From an uncultured Methanosarcinales archaeon (GTDB lineage Archaea; Nanobdellota; Nanobdellia; Woesearchaeales; GW2011-AR9), in assembly GCA_964527395.1 (NCBI GenBank), contig CAZGQD010000003.1:29124-93123 (forward strand): DNA of 64,000 nucleotides. Direction: 5' to 3'. Positions 37,464 to 46,954 of this stretch are shown piece by piece. The stretch's first letter is position 1. Every line of letters starts with the position of its first letter. Made by a program: the position numbers and the translations under genes. The notes below the pieces were generated by a model. That model was given only the letters and a program-made list of their open reading frames with translations. It ran no database searches and was not told the origin of the DNA.

Positions 37464-38717
37464 TTGAGTTCTTTTAGTTTAGTTATGGTTAAGCAGAAAA
37501 ATGGTGGAAAAGGCGCTAAGAAATCTGCTAAGGGTAAAGGATCTACAGAGGCTAATGTCGGACAAAGTCCTCTTGACGTTGCTTGTTCCTCACAAAGTGT
37601 TGTAACTCCATGGGAAGTTAAAGGTAATATTGATTATGACAAACTTGTTCGGGATTTTGGGCTAGTTAAGATGTCTGAGATTAAATTGCCTGCTGTCTTT
37701 AATGAAAATGTTTTATTTCGTAGAGGTTTGATTTTTGCTGGTCGTGATTTTGATCGTATTTTGAAATGTGTCAAAAATGGGAAAGAGTTTGCCATGATGA
37801 CTGGGCTGATGCCATCAGGGAAATTTCATTTTGGTCATAAAATGGTAGCAGATCAAGTTATTTTCTATCAAAAACTGGGGGCTAAAGTATATTTGGCAGT
37901 AGCAGATGTGGAAGCTTATAATTCACGTAATCCAAATATGAAAGAATTACGTAAAGTAGCTATTCAAGAATATCTTACTAATTATGTTGCTCTAGGGCTT
38001 GATTTATCAAAGTGTGATTTTTATTTTCAGTCAGCTCGCTCATTAGATGGAGCAAAATCTAATGCGTATTATTCACTTGCAAATATGTTTGGTCGGCATG
38101 TAACTTATAATGAATTTAAGGCAGTTTATGGTGATGTTGATCCTGGGAAACTTTCTTCGTCACTCCTTCAGGCAGCAGATATGTTGCATGTTCAAGTTGC
38201 TCCTTTTTCTAAGAAACCGGTGCCTGTTATAGTTCCAGTAGGAGCTGATCAAGATCCGCACCTTCGTTTAGCACGAGATCTGGCTAAAAGGTTTAAAGAA
38301 GTTAAGTTTGTGCCACCTAGTTCAACCAATCATAAGTTTATGTCTGGTTTAAAAGGAGGTAAAATGTCTTCCTCTGACTCTAGTTCTTATATTGCGCTTA
38401 CTGATTCTGCTTTTGAGGCAGCTAGAAAGGTTAAGAAATATGCTTTTTCTGGGGGACGTGCTACACTTGAAGAGCATCGTAGACTTGGTGGCGATCCAGA
38501 TATTGATGTAGCTTATCAAATGCTTTATTTTGGAATGGAGCCTGATGATAAGAAGTTGGCGAAGGTTTATGCTGATTATAAATCAGGTAAAATGCTTAGT
38601 GGTGAGCTGAAGCAGTATTTGATTGACAAATTGACTGTATTTTTAGAAGCTCATCAAAAGAAGCGTAAAAAGGCAGCTGCTGTTGTGAAGAGATTCATGA
38701 AGGAGAAAGGGTTTTAG
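37464..38717 (+). CDS. trpS: tryptophan--tRNA ligase (class I aaRS, archaeal/eukaryal type)
   Basis: HIGH-type motif PSGKFHFGH, KMSKS-type motif KMSSSD, N-terminal TPWEV...DYDKLVRDFG block. A length of 417 aa favours TrpRS over TyrRS. Confidence 0.7.
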   Translation: MSSFSLVMVKQKNGGKGAKKSAKGKGSTEANVGQSPLDVACSSQSVVTPWEVKGNIDYDKLVRDFGLVKMSEIKLPAVFNENVLFRRGLIFAGRDFDRILKCVKNGKEFAMMTGLMPSGKFHFGHKMVADQVIFYQKLGAKVYLAVADVEAYNSRNPNMKELRKVAIQEYLTNYVALGLDLSKCDFYFQSARSLDGAKSNAYYSLANMFGRHVTYNEFKAVYGDVDPGKLSSSLLQAADMLHVQVAPFSKKPVPVIVPVGADQDPHLRLARDLAKRFKEVKFVPPSSTNHKFMSGLKGGKMSSSDSSSYIALTDSAFEAARKVKKYAFSGGRATLEEHRRLGGDPDIDVAYQMLYFGMEPDDKKLAKVYADYKSGKMLSGELKQYLIDKLTVFLEAHQKKRKKAAAVVKRFMKEKGF

Positions 38718-39241
38718 TTTGTTTTGTTATTTTTGTTTTGTAAATAAGTTTTGATTGCGTCAAAGCCTCTTGTTCCTATTTTGTCAACAAAGTAAATTCC
38801 AACAGATGTAACGGTTGGTGATACAGAGGCTTTTTTTGTAAAATGAGAATATGCAAGCCTTGCACTGTGACAAATAGTGAAGTAAGCTGCAAATCCTAGG
38901 CAAATTTCATCTAATCCAAAGTTATGGTTTTCTGAGAAGCTATTTAATTTTTGAGCAGCATTGTAAGCACTTTCAGGAGGATTTCTAATTCCCATTGCAG
39001 AAGTAAGGAAAATTGAGTTTGCAATTATTCCTGCAGCTATACTGTCATAAATAGAAAAAGTGTTCTCAGGTAAGTTAGCAAACTTTGCAATTTTAGCTTG
39101 GCGTTCTGGTGGTAGATGAGCTATGCCTAACATAGAAGTAGTTAAAATTGCTGCTTTGTATTTTTTAGGGTGTATTGCCCTATTTTCTGGATTTTGAATA
39201 TATTTTTCTGATAAATCTTTGACTTTTTCTATTAGCTTCAT
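38714..39241 (-). CDS. hypothetical protein
   Basis: 175-aa ORF; 4-nt overlap with the trpS stop. Confidence 0.35.
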   Translation of the reverse strand: MKLIEKVKDLSEKYIQNPENRAIHPKKYKAAILTTSMLGIAHLPPERQAKIAKFANLPENTFSIYDSIAAGIIANSIFLTSAMGIRNPPESAYNAAQKLNSFSENHNFGLDEICLGFAAYFTICHSARLAYSHFTKKASVSPTVTSVGIYFVDKIGTRGFDAIKTYLQNKNNKTN

Positions 39242-39362
39242 TTTGTTGTTATTTTGAGTGTTTTTTATAACTGTTCTGGACTATTGATGTTTTTTGATGT
39301 GTGATTAAGTGTTTTTATCTTCGTAGACTAAGGTTTGATCTTATTTGATCCTTTGTGTTTCT

Positions 39363-39695
39363 CGGCTCTGTAGAAAATCTCACTACGTTCGATGGGGGCG
39401 AGGCCAATGTCGAGCAAAGCTCTCCTGGCTTATTTATCCTCAAAGATTTTTCGGGACTTGACTATTCGCCAAGTTTTCAAGAAAAAATAAATGAATAGGC
39501 TCTTCTCCGTGTTCGTTCGTGCCTCACTCAGGTCGAATTGTATAGCTCTTTCGAAGTTTTAGTGATTCGTGGAAACACAAAGTGTTTCCAGACGCATAAT
39601 TCTTTGAATTCTGCATTCTGCATAGACGCCCCCCATACATACTTAGAAATGGAACATTTCTGGTACCCACTTCGTTAAGGTTTTCTACAGAGCCG
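39363..39695. repeat. 333-bp element with 15-bp perfect terminal inverted repeats CGGCTCTGTAGAAAA; a MITE-like element or a large structured ncRNA
   Basis: Termini are exact reverse complements. Internal long-range complementarity gatgggggcg/cgccccccat. Shares cgagcaaagctctc with the element at 961-1189, and aataggctcttc...ctcaggtcg plus its termini with the 144-bp element at 57294-57437. Confidence 0.5.
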
Positions 39696-39702
39696 TGTTT
39701 CT

Positions 39703-39979
39703 GATGCTAGGTCTTTGTTCTGGCCTTTTGCGATAATTAATGCAAAGTCTTTGGCGCGCTTGCCTCCTCACTGGCAATTACATTATGAAATTACACCAAC
39801 AACAAGCATTTTTGTTCATGAAATAGAACAAAAATTATTGCGTAGTTGTTTAGACCTGCGGTAAGTCTGGCCAAGCGCCATAGGACTTTTATTATAAAAT
39901 CGCAAAATGATGAATTTGCTAAAATTCAGCGTCTGGAAAATGATTTTTCCATAAAGGCCAGCTTAAGTACCCAGCATCG
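39703..39979. repeat. inverted-repeat copy A (277 bp), ~98 percent identical to the reverse complement of 59585-59860
   Basis: Direct base-by-base comparison shows only about 4 mismatches. Contains the TGGAAAA...TTTTCCAGACGC hairpin and the aattgccagtgaggagg motif. Confidence 0.85.
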
Positions 39980-40069
39980 TGTTTCTCGAAAACCTTATAA
40001 GCGATTGTATCTTTTCTATACTAGTTAATTGGTTATAGTGATGGTTAAGAGTAGTTAGAGGTTGTTGGA

Positions 40070-40279
40070 ATGGCTAAGAAAAAAGGTATTTTGAAGAATT
40101 TAGGTTGGAAAGCTAAGCCGATTAGTTCTACGTTTTTTATGACTTCTATTATAGGATTTTTAGCTTCATTATATGCAGTTTATCCAATGAGTGTTAGATA
40201 TGGTTTTTTATTGATGCTCGCATTCGGACTTATGTTTATTGCGTCATTAGTAAGTATGACTAAAGCACCACTTAAATGA
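40070..40279 (+). CDS. hypothetical small membrane protein
   Basis: 69 aa with two hydrophobic segments. Confidence 0.3.
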   Translation: MAKKKGILKNLGWKAKPISSTFFMTSIIGFLASLYAVYPMSVRYGFLLMLAFGLMFIASLVSMTKAPLK

Positions 40280-40291
40280 GGATGGTTAATT

Positions 40292-40921
40292 ATGGCAAAG
40301 AAAAAAAAAGTGAGTAAGAAAAAGGCAAGCTCTAAAAGGAAAGTGGCTGCTCGGAAATCTAGTTCTAAGAAAAAAGTTGTTAAGAAGAAGTCTGCTGTTA
40401 GGGGGAAATCTTCTGCTAAGAGGAAAAGTTCTTCTAGTAGGTCTAAGAGTTCAGGTTCTTCAAGGTCAAAATCTTCAGCTAGTAAAGATTTGTTTTATTG
40501 GAAGTTTCCTAGGCGTGAATTTCAATTACTTCGTGTAGAAATGGCAGTATTGATAGTTTTATCTGGGCTGGTGTTTTTGTATATGTATTTACAGCCTAAC
40601 TTGAATACTTTTGCAGCAGTTGTGTCAGTGATACTGTTTGTGTCAATATATTTTGTAGTATCAGCTGTTTTGCATAAATTACGTAAAGTTGAAGAGATGT
40701 ATGAATTAAGTGCTTCGCATCTTGAGATTCAACGTTATGTGAATGGTAAAAAGACAGATCATCATAAGGTTCCTGTTAAAAAGATTAGTGGGCACAATTT
40801 TGATCACTTTTTTCATGGAGCATATGTAACTTTAGCAGATGGTACACGACATCCATTGTTTTTTGGAAGTTCAGCTGAGAGTCGCCATGTTGAAAGGAAA
40901 GTGAAGAGATATACTAGTTAA
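40292..40921 (+). CDS. hypothetical protein with Lys/Ser-rich basic N-terminal tail and two TM helices
   Basis: KKKVSKKKASSKRK... low-complexity basic region followed by hydrophobic helices. Confidence 0.4.
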   Translation: MAKKKKVSKKKASSKRKVAARKSSSKKKVVKKKSAVRGKSSAKRKSSSSRSKSSGSSRSKSSASKDLFYWKFPRREFQLLRVEMAVLIVLSGLVFLYMYLQPNLNTFAAVVSVILFVSIYFVVSAVLHKLRKVEEMYELSASHLEIQRYVNGKKTDHHKVPVKKISGHNFDHFFHGAYVTLADGTRHPLFFGSSAESRHVERKVKRYTS

Positions 40922-40945
40922 ATCAAATTTGAGGTAAAATAAAAA

Positions 40946-41680
40946 ATGGGAAATAACAAAACAGGAAATTACTTGGTTGCAGTTGTAGCAATTGTAGCTG
41001 TAGTAGGATTAGTTATGATGTTTACTGGGGGAGACTCTAGTGGTGTTAGTTTAGATTCAGGAGATGGAGCTATTGCCGGAATGGCTGTGAAAACAGGTTC
41101 TTTAGAGGGAAAAGGTATTTTGGTTACTGATGATTCTTCTAGGATCCCTTCAATAGATTTATGTGGAAACTCTATTTGTACAGAAGATGAAATGTGTGTT
41201 GATGATACTTGTGTAACATGTGAATCAGAAGATGGTGATAGTTATATATGGGGAGGAGATACTTCTGGTTTGTGGCCTGCTTCTGGAGGATATGAATATT
41301 ATTCAAGTATGAGTGATTATTGTTTAAGTGATGAAATTTTGGCTGAGCGATCTTGTTCAGGTGCTGAGATAGTTCAAGAAAATTTTGTTTGTGCAGATGT
41401 ATTGGATCCAGGTTATTATTGTTCAGAAGGAGCTTGTGTTCGTCAGAAAATTTCTTGTAATGAATTTAGTGATATTAAAGCAGGAGCTTCTTTTAGTATT
41501 GAAAGTGAAGGAGTTGTAGGAAATTATATTCAGCTTAGCGCAGATGAAACTTCAGCTTTGATTCAGCTTAACGCAAGACAAGAATATGTAACAATTGGTG
41601 AAAGAGCAGAAATTGAGGGTTATCAAGTACAAGTATTTGAAGCTGATGAATCGGAAGTTGTATTAAAAATTTATTGTTAA
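40946..41680 (+). CDS. membrane-anchored Cys-rich secreted protein
   Basis: N-terminal TM/signal anchor, then an acidic Cys-rich ectodomain (CGNSICTEDEMCVDDTCVTCESEDG...). Confidence 0.4.
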   Translation: MGNNKTGNYLVAVVAIVAVVGLVMMFTGGDSSGVSLDSGDGAIAGMAVKTGSLEGKGILVTDDSSRIPSIDLCGNSICTEDEMCVDDTCVTCESEDGDSYIWGGDTSGLWPASGGYEYYSSMSDYCLSDEILAERSCSGAEIVQENFVCADVLDPGYYCSEGACVRQKISCNEFSDIKAGASFSIESEGVVGNYIQLSADETSALIQLNARQEYVTIGERAEIEGYQVQVFEADESEVVLKIYC

Positions 41681-41859
41681 TTTTTTTTTTAAATTAAATT
41701 TTATAAATAAAGTTCTATTTTAAGGTTCTAAGATGATTATTGAACCAATAGATACTGCTGTAGATGCTTGGATTCTGGAAGTAAAGAGGGTTTTTCTGAA
41801 GATCTGTATGTGTATATGAGTTTGGATCTTTGGTTTGGTGTTCTTTGTTGTTTTCTTTT

Positions 41860-42030
41860 TCAATTTAGAGCTTATTTTGGCTGATTTAGAGCAAAAGAAG
41901 GTTGTTTTAAGCTATTTGGGCGAAAAGAAGGCTGTTTTGGCCGATTTAGAGCAAAAGAAGGTCATTTTAGGGGATTTGAGGGAAAAGGAGGCTAATTTGG
42001 GCTTTTTAGAAAGGAAGGTTTTTATTGTGT
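41860..42030. repeat. about five degenerate ~30-bp tandem repeats (gatttagagcaaaagaaggtYRttttRRg...), same family as 12288-12500
   Basis: Direct reading; ORF 41835-42050 is a translation of the repeats and is considered spurious. Confidence 0.6.
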
Positions 42031-42043
42031 TGTTAGAGTTTAG

Positions 42044-42844
42044 TTGTTAATGGTAGAATTAGTTACTTTTGTTCTGGTTGTTTTTGTAGGTCTAATTACT
42101 GGTTTTGTTGATTCAGTTATTGGAGCAGGAGGATTGATATCAATACCTTTTTTGATTTTTACAGGAGTTCCGCCACAAGTTGCTATTGCAACAGACAAAT
42201 TTGGTCTGCTTGGGCATATATTTGGGTCTATCCCTAAGTTTTGGAAGGAGAAAAAGATTGTTTGGAAATATGTCCCTTTGTTGTCTTTGTTGGGGATAAT
42301 TGGAGGGTATATTGGAACTAAGATAATAATTAGTGTGAATGAGGCTGCTTTGACAAAAGTTGTTGGGTTTGCTATCTTGTTTTTGTTGCCAGTTGTGTTT
42401 TTTAAGAAAGATTTAGGTTTGATTAAAAAGAAAGTTTCTAATTTGAAGAAAATAATTAGGTACTAGGAAATCGAGGATTTCCTGTACAGGAAAGCTTCGC
42501 TTTCCTTGTATCCGTTGTATTTACTTGCAATGATTTTTGGAGCGTCTATAAGTGCAGGATCAGGACCTATAGTGTTATTGTTTCTAGTATCTTTTTTTGG
42601 TTTAACTTTTATTCAAGCAAATGCAACAGATCAAATATCTTGGTTTTTTTTGTCTATTGTATCTTTGATAGTGTTTGGAATCAATGGTTTGATTGATTTT
42701 TGGCTTGGAATTGCAATATTGATAGGAATGAGTATTGGAGGTTACTATGATGTGAAAGTTGCTGTTAATAAAGGGAATGTTTGGGTTAGAAAGGCATTTG
42801 TAGTGGTTGTGGTATTGTCTGGGTTGAAATTGTTGTTTTTGTAG
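42044..42844 (+). pseudogene. TauE/SafE (DUF81) family anion permease interrupted by a single in-frame TAG at 42464-42466; pseudogene or read-through/recoding candidate
   Basis: ORF 42044-42466 (N-terminal repeat, GAGGLISIPFL) and ORF 42506-42844 (C-terminal repeat, TTG start) are in the same frame, separated only by TAG plus 39 nt. The combined product would be ~265 aa, the usual TauE length. Confidence 0.55.
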
Positions 42845-42863
42845 GTAAGGTTTTTAATGAGAT

Positions 42864-43466
42864 GTGGTTTTGAGTATTTTTATGGTAGTTGATATTGATT
42901 CGTTCTTGAAGATTAGAGCTATTTATGGTTTGAAGGCTATTGAGCGTTCTGGGACAGTTGTGACTGAGAGCGGTTTGGTGCGTCGTGATAACCCTGCGGA
43001 GCATTCTTGGAGTGCAATGGTTTTGGCTGATTATTTGATGAGTCGATTTTCTGTTGAAGTTGATAGGTTGAGGGTGTTAGAGCTGCTTATGTACCATGAC
43101 TTTGTGGAGATCAAATGTGGAGATGTTTGTATTAGTGATACTGAGGGGAGAAGGAAGAAGGCTCAAGAAGAAATGGTGGCAGCGCTGGAGTTCAAGGAGG
43201 AGTTTGCTAGTGGGTTTGGAGATAAGTTTTATTCGCTGTTTTTGGAGTTTGAGGCTTGGGAAAGTCAAGAAGCTAAGTTTGCAATGATGGTAGACAAATT
43301 TGATGCCTTCTTGCATTGTATGGACCATAAAGAAGAATGGGCAGGATGGTCTAAGGAGAAGTTGTTTTCTTACAAAGTTAAATATTTTGAGCCTTTTCCA
43401 GAGATATTAGAACTGTTTTATGCAATAGTTGAAAAATTAGAAAAAGAAGATTTTTTTGGTAAATAG
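42864..43466 (+). CDS. HD-domain phosphohydrolase (YfbR-like 5'-deoxynucleotidase family)
   Basis: HSWSAMVLADYL ... LMYHDFVEIKCGD pattern of the YfbR-type HD fold. Confidence 0.6.
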   Translation: MVLSIFMVVDIDSFLKIRAIYGLKAIERSGTVVTESGLVRRDNPAEHSWSAMVLADYLMSRFSVEVDRLRVLELLMYHDFVEIKCGDVCISDTEGRRKKAQEEMVAALEFKEEFASGFGDKFYSLFLEFEAWESQEAKFAMMVDKFDAFLHCMDHKEEWAGWSKEKLFSYKVKYFEPFPEILELFYAIVEKLEKEDFFGK

Positions 43467-43795
43467 AGTTCTTGAATTATCCTGCTTTAGGGAAAATTCT
43501 TTGAAGCTCTTGTGAATCTTGCCGTGAAAGATTGTAGTTGACAAGATCTTTGAAGAACTTTTCATACATTGGTTTTGGCATGGTATTACCTTTTTATGAC
43601 TTTTTTTTAGTCATTTATGTGGTTGTCAGGCGTTAATGCAGGCGTGACCACTCGCTCTTAATTTTTGTTGAAAAACAACAAAAATGCTCGTTAATATACT
43701 CTTCAGTTGAATTTAATTGCCAGCGAGGAGACAACCACGTCAATGACTTTGGATGTTTATGTGGACTCTTTTGTGTATGAGTTTGTTTTGTTGTC

Positions 43796-44065
43796 TTAGT
43801 TAGCTGGTTCGCTGGAACCTGTTGGAACTGCGCTCTTAGAGATAATTAAGATGTCGCCAACAGCTTTAACTAATTGATGTGGTACAATAACACCCTTAGC
43901 ACTTCCTAAAACTCTAGATAGGAATGAGTTCTTTGTTGATCTGATTTTCCACCCGAAAACCTTGTTACTAGTAATAATACTGTCTTCAACGTCACCAAAG
44001 TAGTCACCTGAATCTGTGTAAACCTTAATATCGTATGTTTGAGATACTTTTTTCATTTTAAGCAT
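43796..44065 (-). CDS. PRC-barrel domain protein
   Basis: 89-aa archaeal PRC-barrel-like sequence (GDVEDSIITSNKVFGWKI ... GVIVPHQLVKAVGDILII). Confidence 0.5.
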   Translation of the reverse strand: MLKMKKVSQTYDIKVYTDSGDYFGDVEDSIITSNKVFGWKIRSTKNSFLSRVLGSAKGVIVPHQLVKAVGDILIISKSAVPTGSSEPAN

Positions 44066-44136
44066 AGTAAATTCACCTCACCTGAGAAGAATTTGGGATG
44101 TAAGTTTATATAGTTTTCTGTGCTTTTGTAGGCATA

Positions 44137-44838
44137 ATGGTGATATATCTACTAGGAACGTCGCATATTTCATCTGCTAGTGTAGCGCAGATCAAAAAGG
44201 AAGTTGGGTCGCTTAAGTACTCTGTTGTGGCTGTGGAGCTTGATCCGATACGACTCAAAAGTATGTTTTCTAAGGAATCTGGGAGCTTATCGCCTCGTTT
44301 GATCTTTCAAGTAGGTGTTGTAGGGTATTTATTTGCTGTGTTAGGTAGGTATGTTCAGCAGAAGCTTGGACGTGTGGTTGGAGTGATGCCAGGAGAAGAG
44401 ATGAAGACTGCTGTAGTTTTGTCTGCTAAAAACAAATTGAAATTGGCTCTGATTGATCGTAGAATAGATAAAACACTTCGGGCTTTTTCAACTGAGTTTT
44501 CTTTTATGGATAAAATGAGGATGGTTTATGACTTTTTTTATGCTATCTTGTTTCAGAAGAAGTATCTTGAGAAGGTTGGGTTTAAGAGTTTTGATTTGAC
44601 ATCTGTGCCTTCATCTGAAGTTGTTAAATTGATGGTTGGGCATTTGGAGAATCGTTATCCTAGTTTGTATAAGGTTTTGATTCATGATCGTAATAAAGTT
44701 ATGGTGAATGGACTTGTTCGATTGAGTCGGAAAGAAGAGAATGAGGGTGTTGATATGTTGGCTGTTGTAGGAGCTGGGCATGTTCCAGGGATGGTTGAGT
44801 TGCTTGAAAAGAAGAAGGTTGAGTTTGTGGTTATTTAG
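44137..44838 (+). CDS. TraB/GumN family protein
   Basis: N-terminal LLGTSHISSASV motif characteristic of TraB-family proteins. Confidence 0.65.
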   Translation: MVIYLLGTSHISSASVAQIKKEVGSLKYSVVAVELDPIRLKSMFSKESGSLSPRLIFQVGVVGYLFAVLGRYVQQKLGRVVGVMPGEEMKTAVVLSAKNKLKLALIDRRIDKTLRAFSTEFSFMDKMRMVYDFFYAILFQKKYLEKVGFKSFDLTSVPSSEVVKLMVGHLENRYPSLYKVLIHDRNKVMVNGLVRLSRKEENEGVDMLAVVGAGHVPGMVELLEKKKVEFVVI

Positions 44839-45566
44839 GTGATTTTTTTGAAATAAAGAGTTGTGGTGTCAGTTGTTGTTGGGGTTAATATGTAAGCATT
44901 TTCTGTTTTTCTTAATTCTACATGGAATAAATTAAGTTTTCTTCTTGCATCAGGAGTTTCTGTGAAGGTTGATTCAATTGAAATTTGTCCTGTTTCTCCA
45001 ATCAATGGAACTCTAGAAACAAAACAAAGGTGGTGAGGAACTCCTTTTGGTCTTTTACTACTTGCATTAGCGTAGCTAACTCCATCAGGGAGAGCAGATC
45101 TCCAGTGTTTAAGAATTACTTGATAGTGTCTTTCAGGATTTTTATTAGGATTTATTGGAATAACAACAGAAGTAAGGTTAGGGGATAGTTCAAGATAAGC
45201 AACTGTGTCAGGTTGACTAAGGGTTCTTTGATTTCCTGTAGCTATTTCATAAAGAGTTTCATTTGAAGTTGTTATTATGTATCCATTCATTTCAGTTAAT
45301 ATTCGTGATCCAGGAACAGTATTTGGGTTTGTTCTTCCAGGAATTATTTGGTTTTCAACGGCAGTAGAGATTGCTCTAGCCATTATGTCTTTTTGAGTTA
45401 TAAAAAGAAGATCAGTTAATCTTCTTCCTTGAGCATTTTCTGAATTAATAGAATGACCAGTATCATAATTGAAGTCTACTCTTTTTTTTCTTCCTCTTGG
45501 AGGACTAGTAGTTCTTACAGAAGGAAGAGAAGCTCTTCCTAATCTAGGTAAATTTGGTAATGGCAT
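44835..45566 (-). CDS. hypothetical protein
   Basis: 243-aa ORF, Thr/Pro-rich, no motif recognised. Confidence 0.35.
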   Translation of the reverse strand: MPLPNLPRLGRASLPSVRTTSPPRGRKKRVDFNYDTGHSINSENAQGRRLTDLLFITQKDIMARAISTAVENQIIPGRTNPNTVPGSRILTEMNGYIITTSNETLYEIATGNQRTLSQPDTVAYLELSPNLTSVVIPINPNKNPERHYQVILKHWRSALPDGVSYANASSKRPKGVPHHLCFVSRVPLIGETGQISIESTFTETPDARRKLNLFHVELRKTENAYILTPTTTDTTTLYFKKIT

Positions 45567-45654
45567 AATGTATATGCTGCATATGGTGCTTTTAAAAGGG
45601 TTTTGGTTGGGATTTTGGAGTAGATTTATAAAAATGAGCTGTATTTTGCTTATT

Positions 45655-46033
45655 GTAGATTACGCTAGGAAGCTGACGGTATCTTTATTGATGCTGAGGA
45701 AGGTCCGCCCACCGTAAATGAGCCTCCTTTTTAGGAGCTGGAGAAATTCAGGGCTCTGGAACAGAAACGACACGTCCTAAGTCTAGGCACTTAAAAACAC
45801 TTTGTGTTTTTAGGGCCAGAAAATCATATGATTTTCTTGGAATGATATGTGTGAAGCTTTGCGTGAGTGAAGGGAGTTAATCACTTGACTGTTTGAAACT
45901 TAGGGAACGATGAAACGGCGAAACCGCTCTGGTGCAAGTCTTTGACGCTTAGTCGAATGCTTCCAAATGCTTATCGGTAGTACTTTATTGTGCTGCTTTG
46001 GAGTATACAGAAGGTGGCCTATTGCGTGACTAC
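45655..46033 (+). ncRNA. rnpB: RNase P RNA candidate
   Basis: GC-rich island in an AT-rich region. 5' block GAGGAAGGTCCGCCCACC resembles P4 GAGGAAAGUCCGGGCUCC, internal ACAGAAACGACACG is present, 3' block ACAGAAGGTGGCCTATTGCG resembles ACAGAACCCGGCUUAUCG, and the terminal gcgtgactac/gtagattacgc can pair as P1. Confidence 0.55.
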
Positions 46034-46171
46034 ACTTTTTTCTTGTTTTTATTGCTTAATTTTTATAAATAAGGCATTATTTTGGGTTTTTATGAGAGAT
46101 TTTTATCGAAGCTTAGATCTAAGAATTAGCTCTGGAAGATTGAGTAGATTTAATATCAGAAGGAGGCTTGA

Positions 46172-46624
46172 GTGATTATGGAACTTACTGGAAATATAAA
46201 GAGAGATGTTTATTCTTTTTTGGATCGTGAGGAATGGAGAAGTCCAGTTAAATTGATTCGTATGATTGAAGGGGAGATGGGAAGAAGAGATTTAACTAGA
46301 AGAGATTTAATTCCTTTAGAACAAGATGGAAGAGGATTTATGCATGAGAATAGTGAAGTTGGTTTTTATATAACTATGAGTGAATTGTATAGGACCTTAA
46401 AAGAATTAGCTGATGAAGGTTATGCTTTAGAGGAAGACAAGGAAGTTGAAGGTTATGATGAGAATTCTTTGGTTGAGGATAGAAGGAAGGTGTTTCCATT
46501 TTATTTGAAGACAGATAAACCGTTTGAACCAGGGACTAGAGGATCAGTTAGGTCTTTTGATAGAGAAGGGGCTAACAATGTGACTTATTTTAATGAAGTT
46601 GGGCTTGAGAGGAGACTTAATTGA
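46172..46624 (+). CDS. hypothetical protein
   Basis: 150-aa ORF; listed start overlaps the end of the RNase P RNA candidate, so the true start may be the internal Met. Confidence 0.35.
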   Translation: MIMELTGNIKRDVYSFLDREEWRSPVKLIRMIEGEMGRRDLTRRDLIPLEQDGRGFMHENSEVGFYITMSELYRTLKELADEGYALEEDKEVEGYDENSLVEDRRKVFPFYLKTDKPFEPGTRGSVRSFDREGANNVTYFNEVGLERRLN

Positions 46625-46762
46625 TTTTTTTAGTTTTCTTTGCAAAGGGTTTATATATAAATAGGTGGATTTGTTAGTTTGATTATGGCATACATGGAAA
46701 CTAAGAGTTTCCAGTCGCCATTTTTCCTTTGAGGATAAAAATTTAAGGTTAGTAAAGAAAAA

Positions 46763-46936
46763 ATGGCAAAAGATAACAAAGTACACATGCCTTCTGGACA
46801 AGGAGGACTTACACGGTATTTTGATGAAGCTTCTAGTAAGATTCAGTTCTCACCGCATGCAGTGATTATAGCAAGTGTAGTGATTTTTGTACTTTTGATA
46901 CTTTTGCATGTTCTAGGTAATAGATATTTAGTTTAG
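46763..46936 (+). CDS. secG: preprotein translocase Sec61-beta / archaeal SecG-like subunit (58 aa)
   Basis: Not in the ORF table (under 60 aa). MAKDNKVHMPSGQGGLTRYFDE...ISPHAVIIASVVIFVLLILL matches the conserved GLxRYFDE region plus single C-terminal TM helix of Sec61-beta. Confidence 0.55.
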   Translation: MAKDNKVHMPSGQGGLTRYFDEASSKIQFSPHAVIIASVVIFVLLILLHVLGNRYLV

Positions 46937-46954
46937 AAGATATAAGGAGTTGAT

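Noticed and set aside
39846-40028. 60-aa ORF inside inverted-repeat copy A
   Set aside because: It lies entirely within the duplicated repeat with no equivalent reading frame constraint in copy B. Likely non-coding.
41835-42050. 71-aa ORF 41835-42050 and 63-aa ORF 12322-12513
   Set aside because: Both are translations of the 30-bp tandem repeats, giving periodic low-complexity peptides. Spurious.
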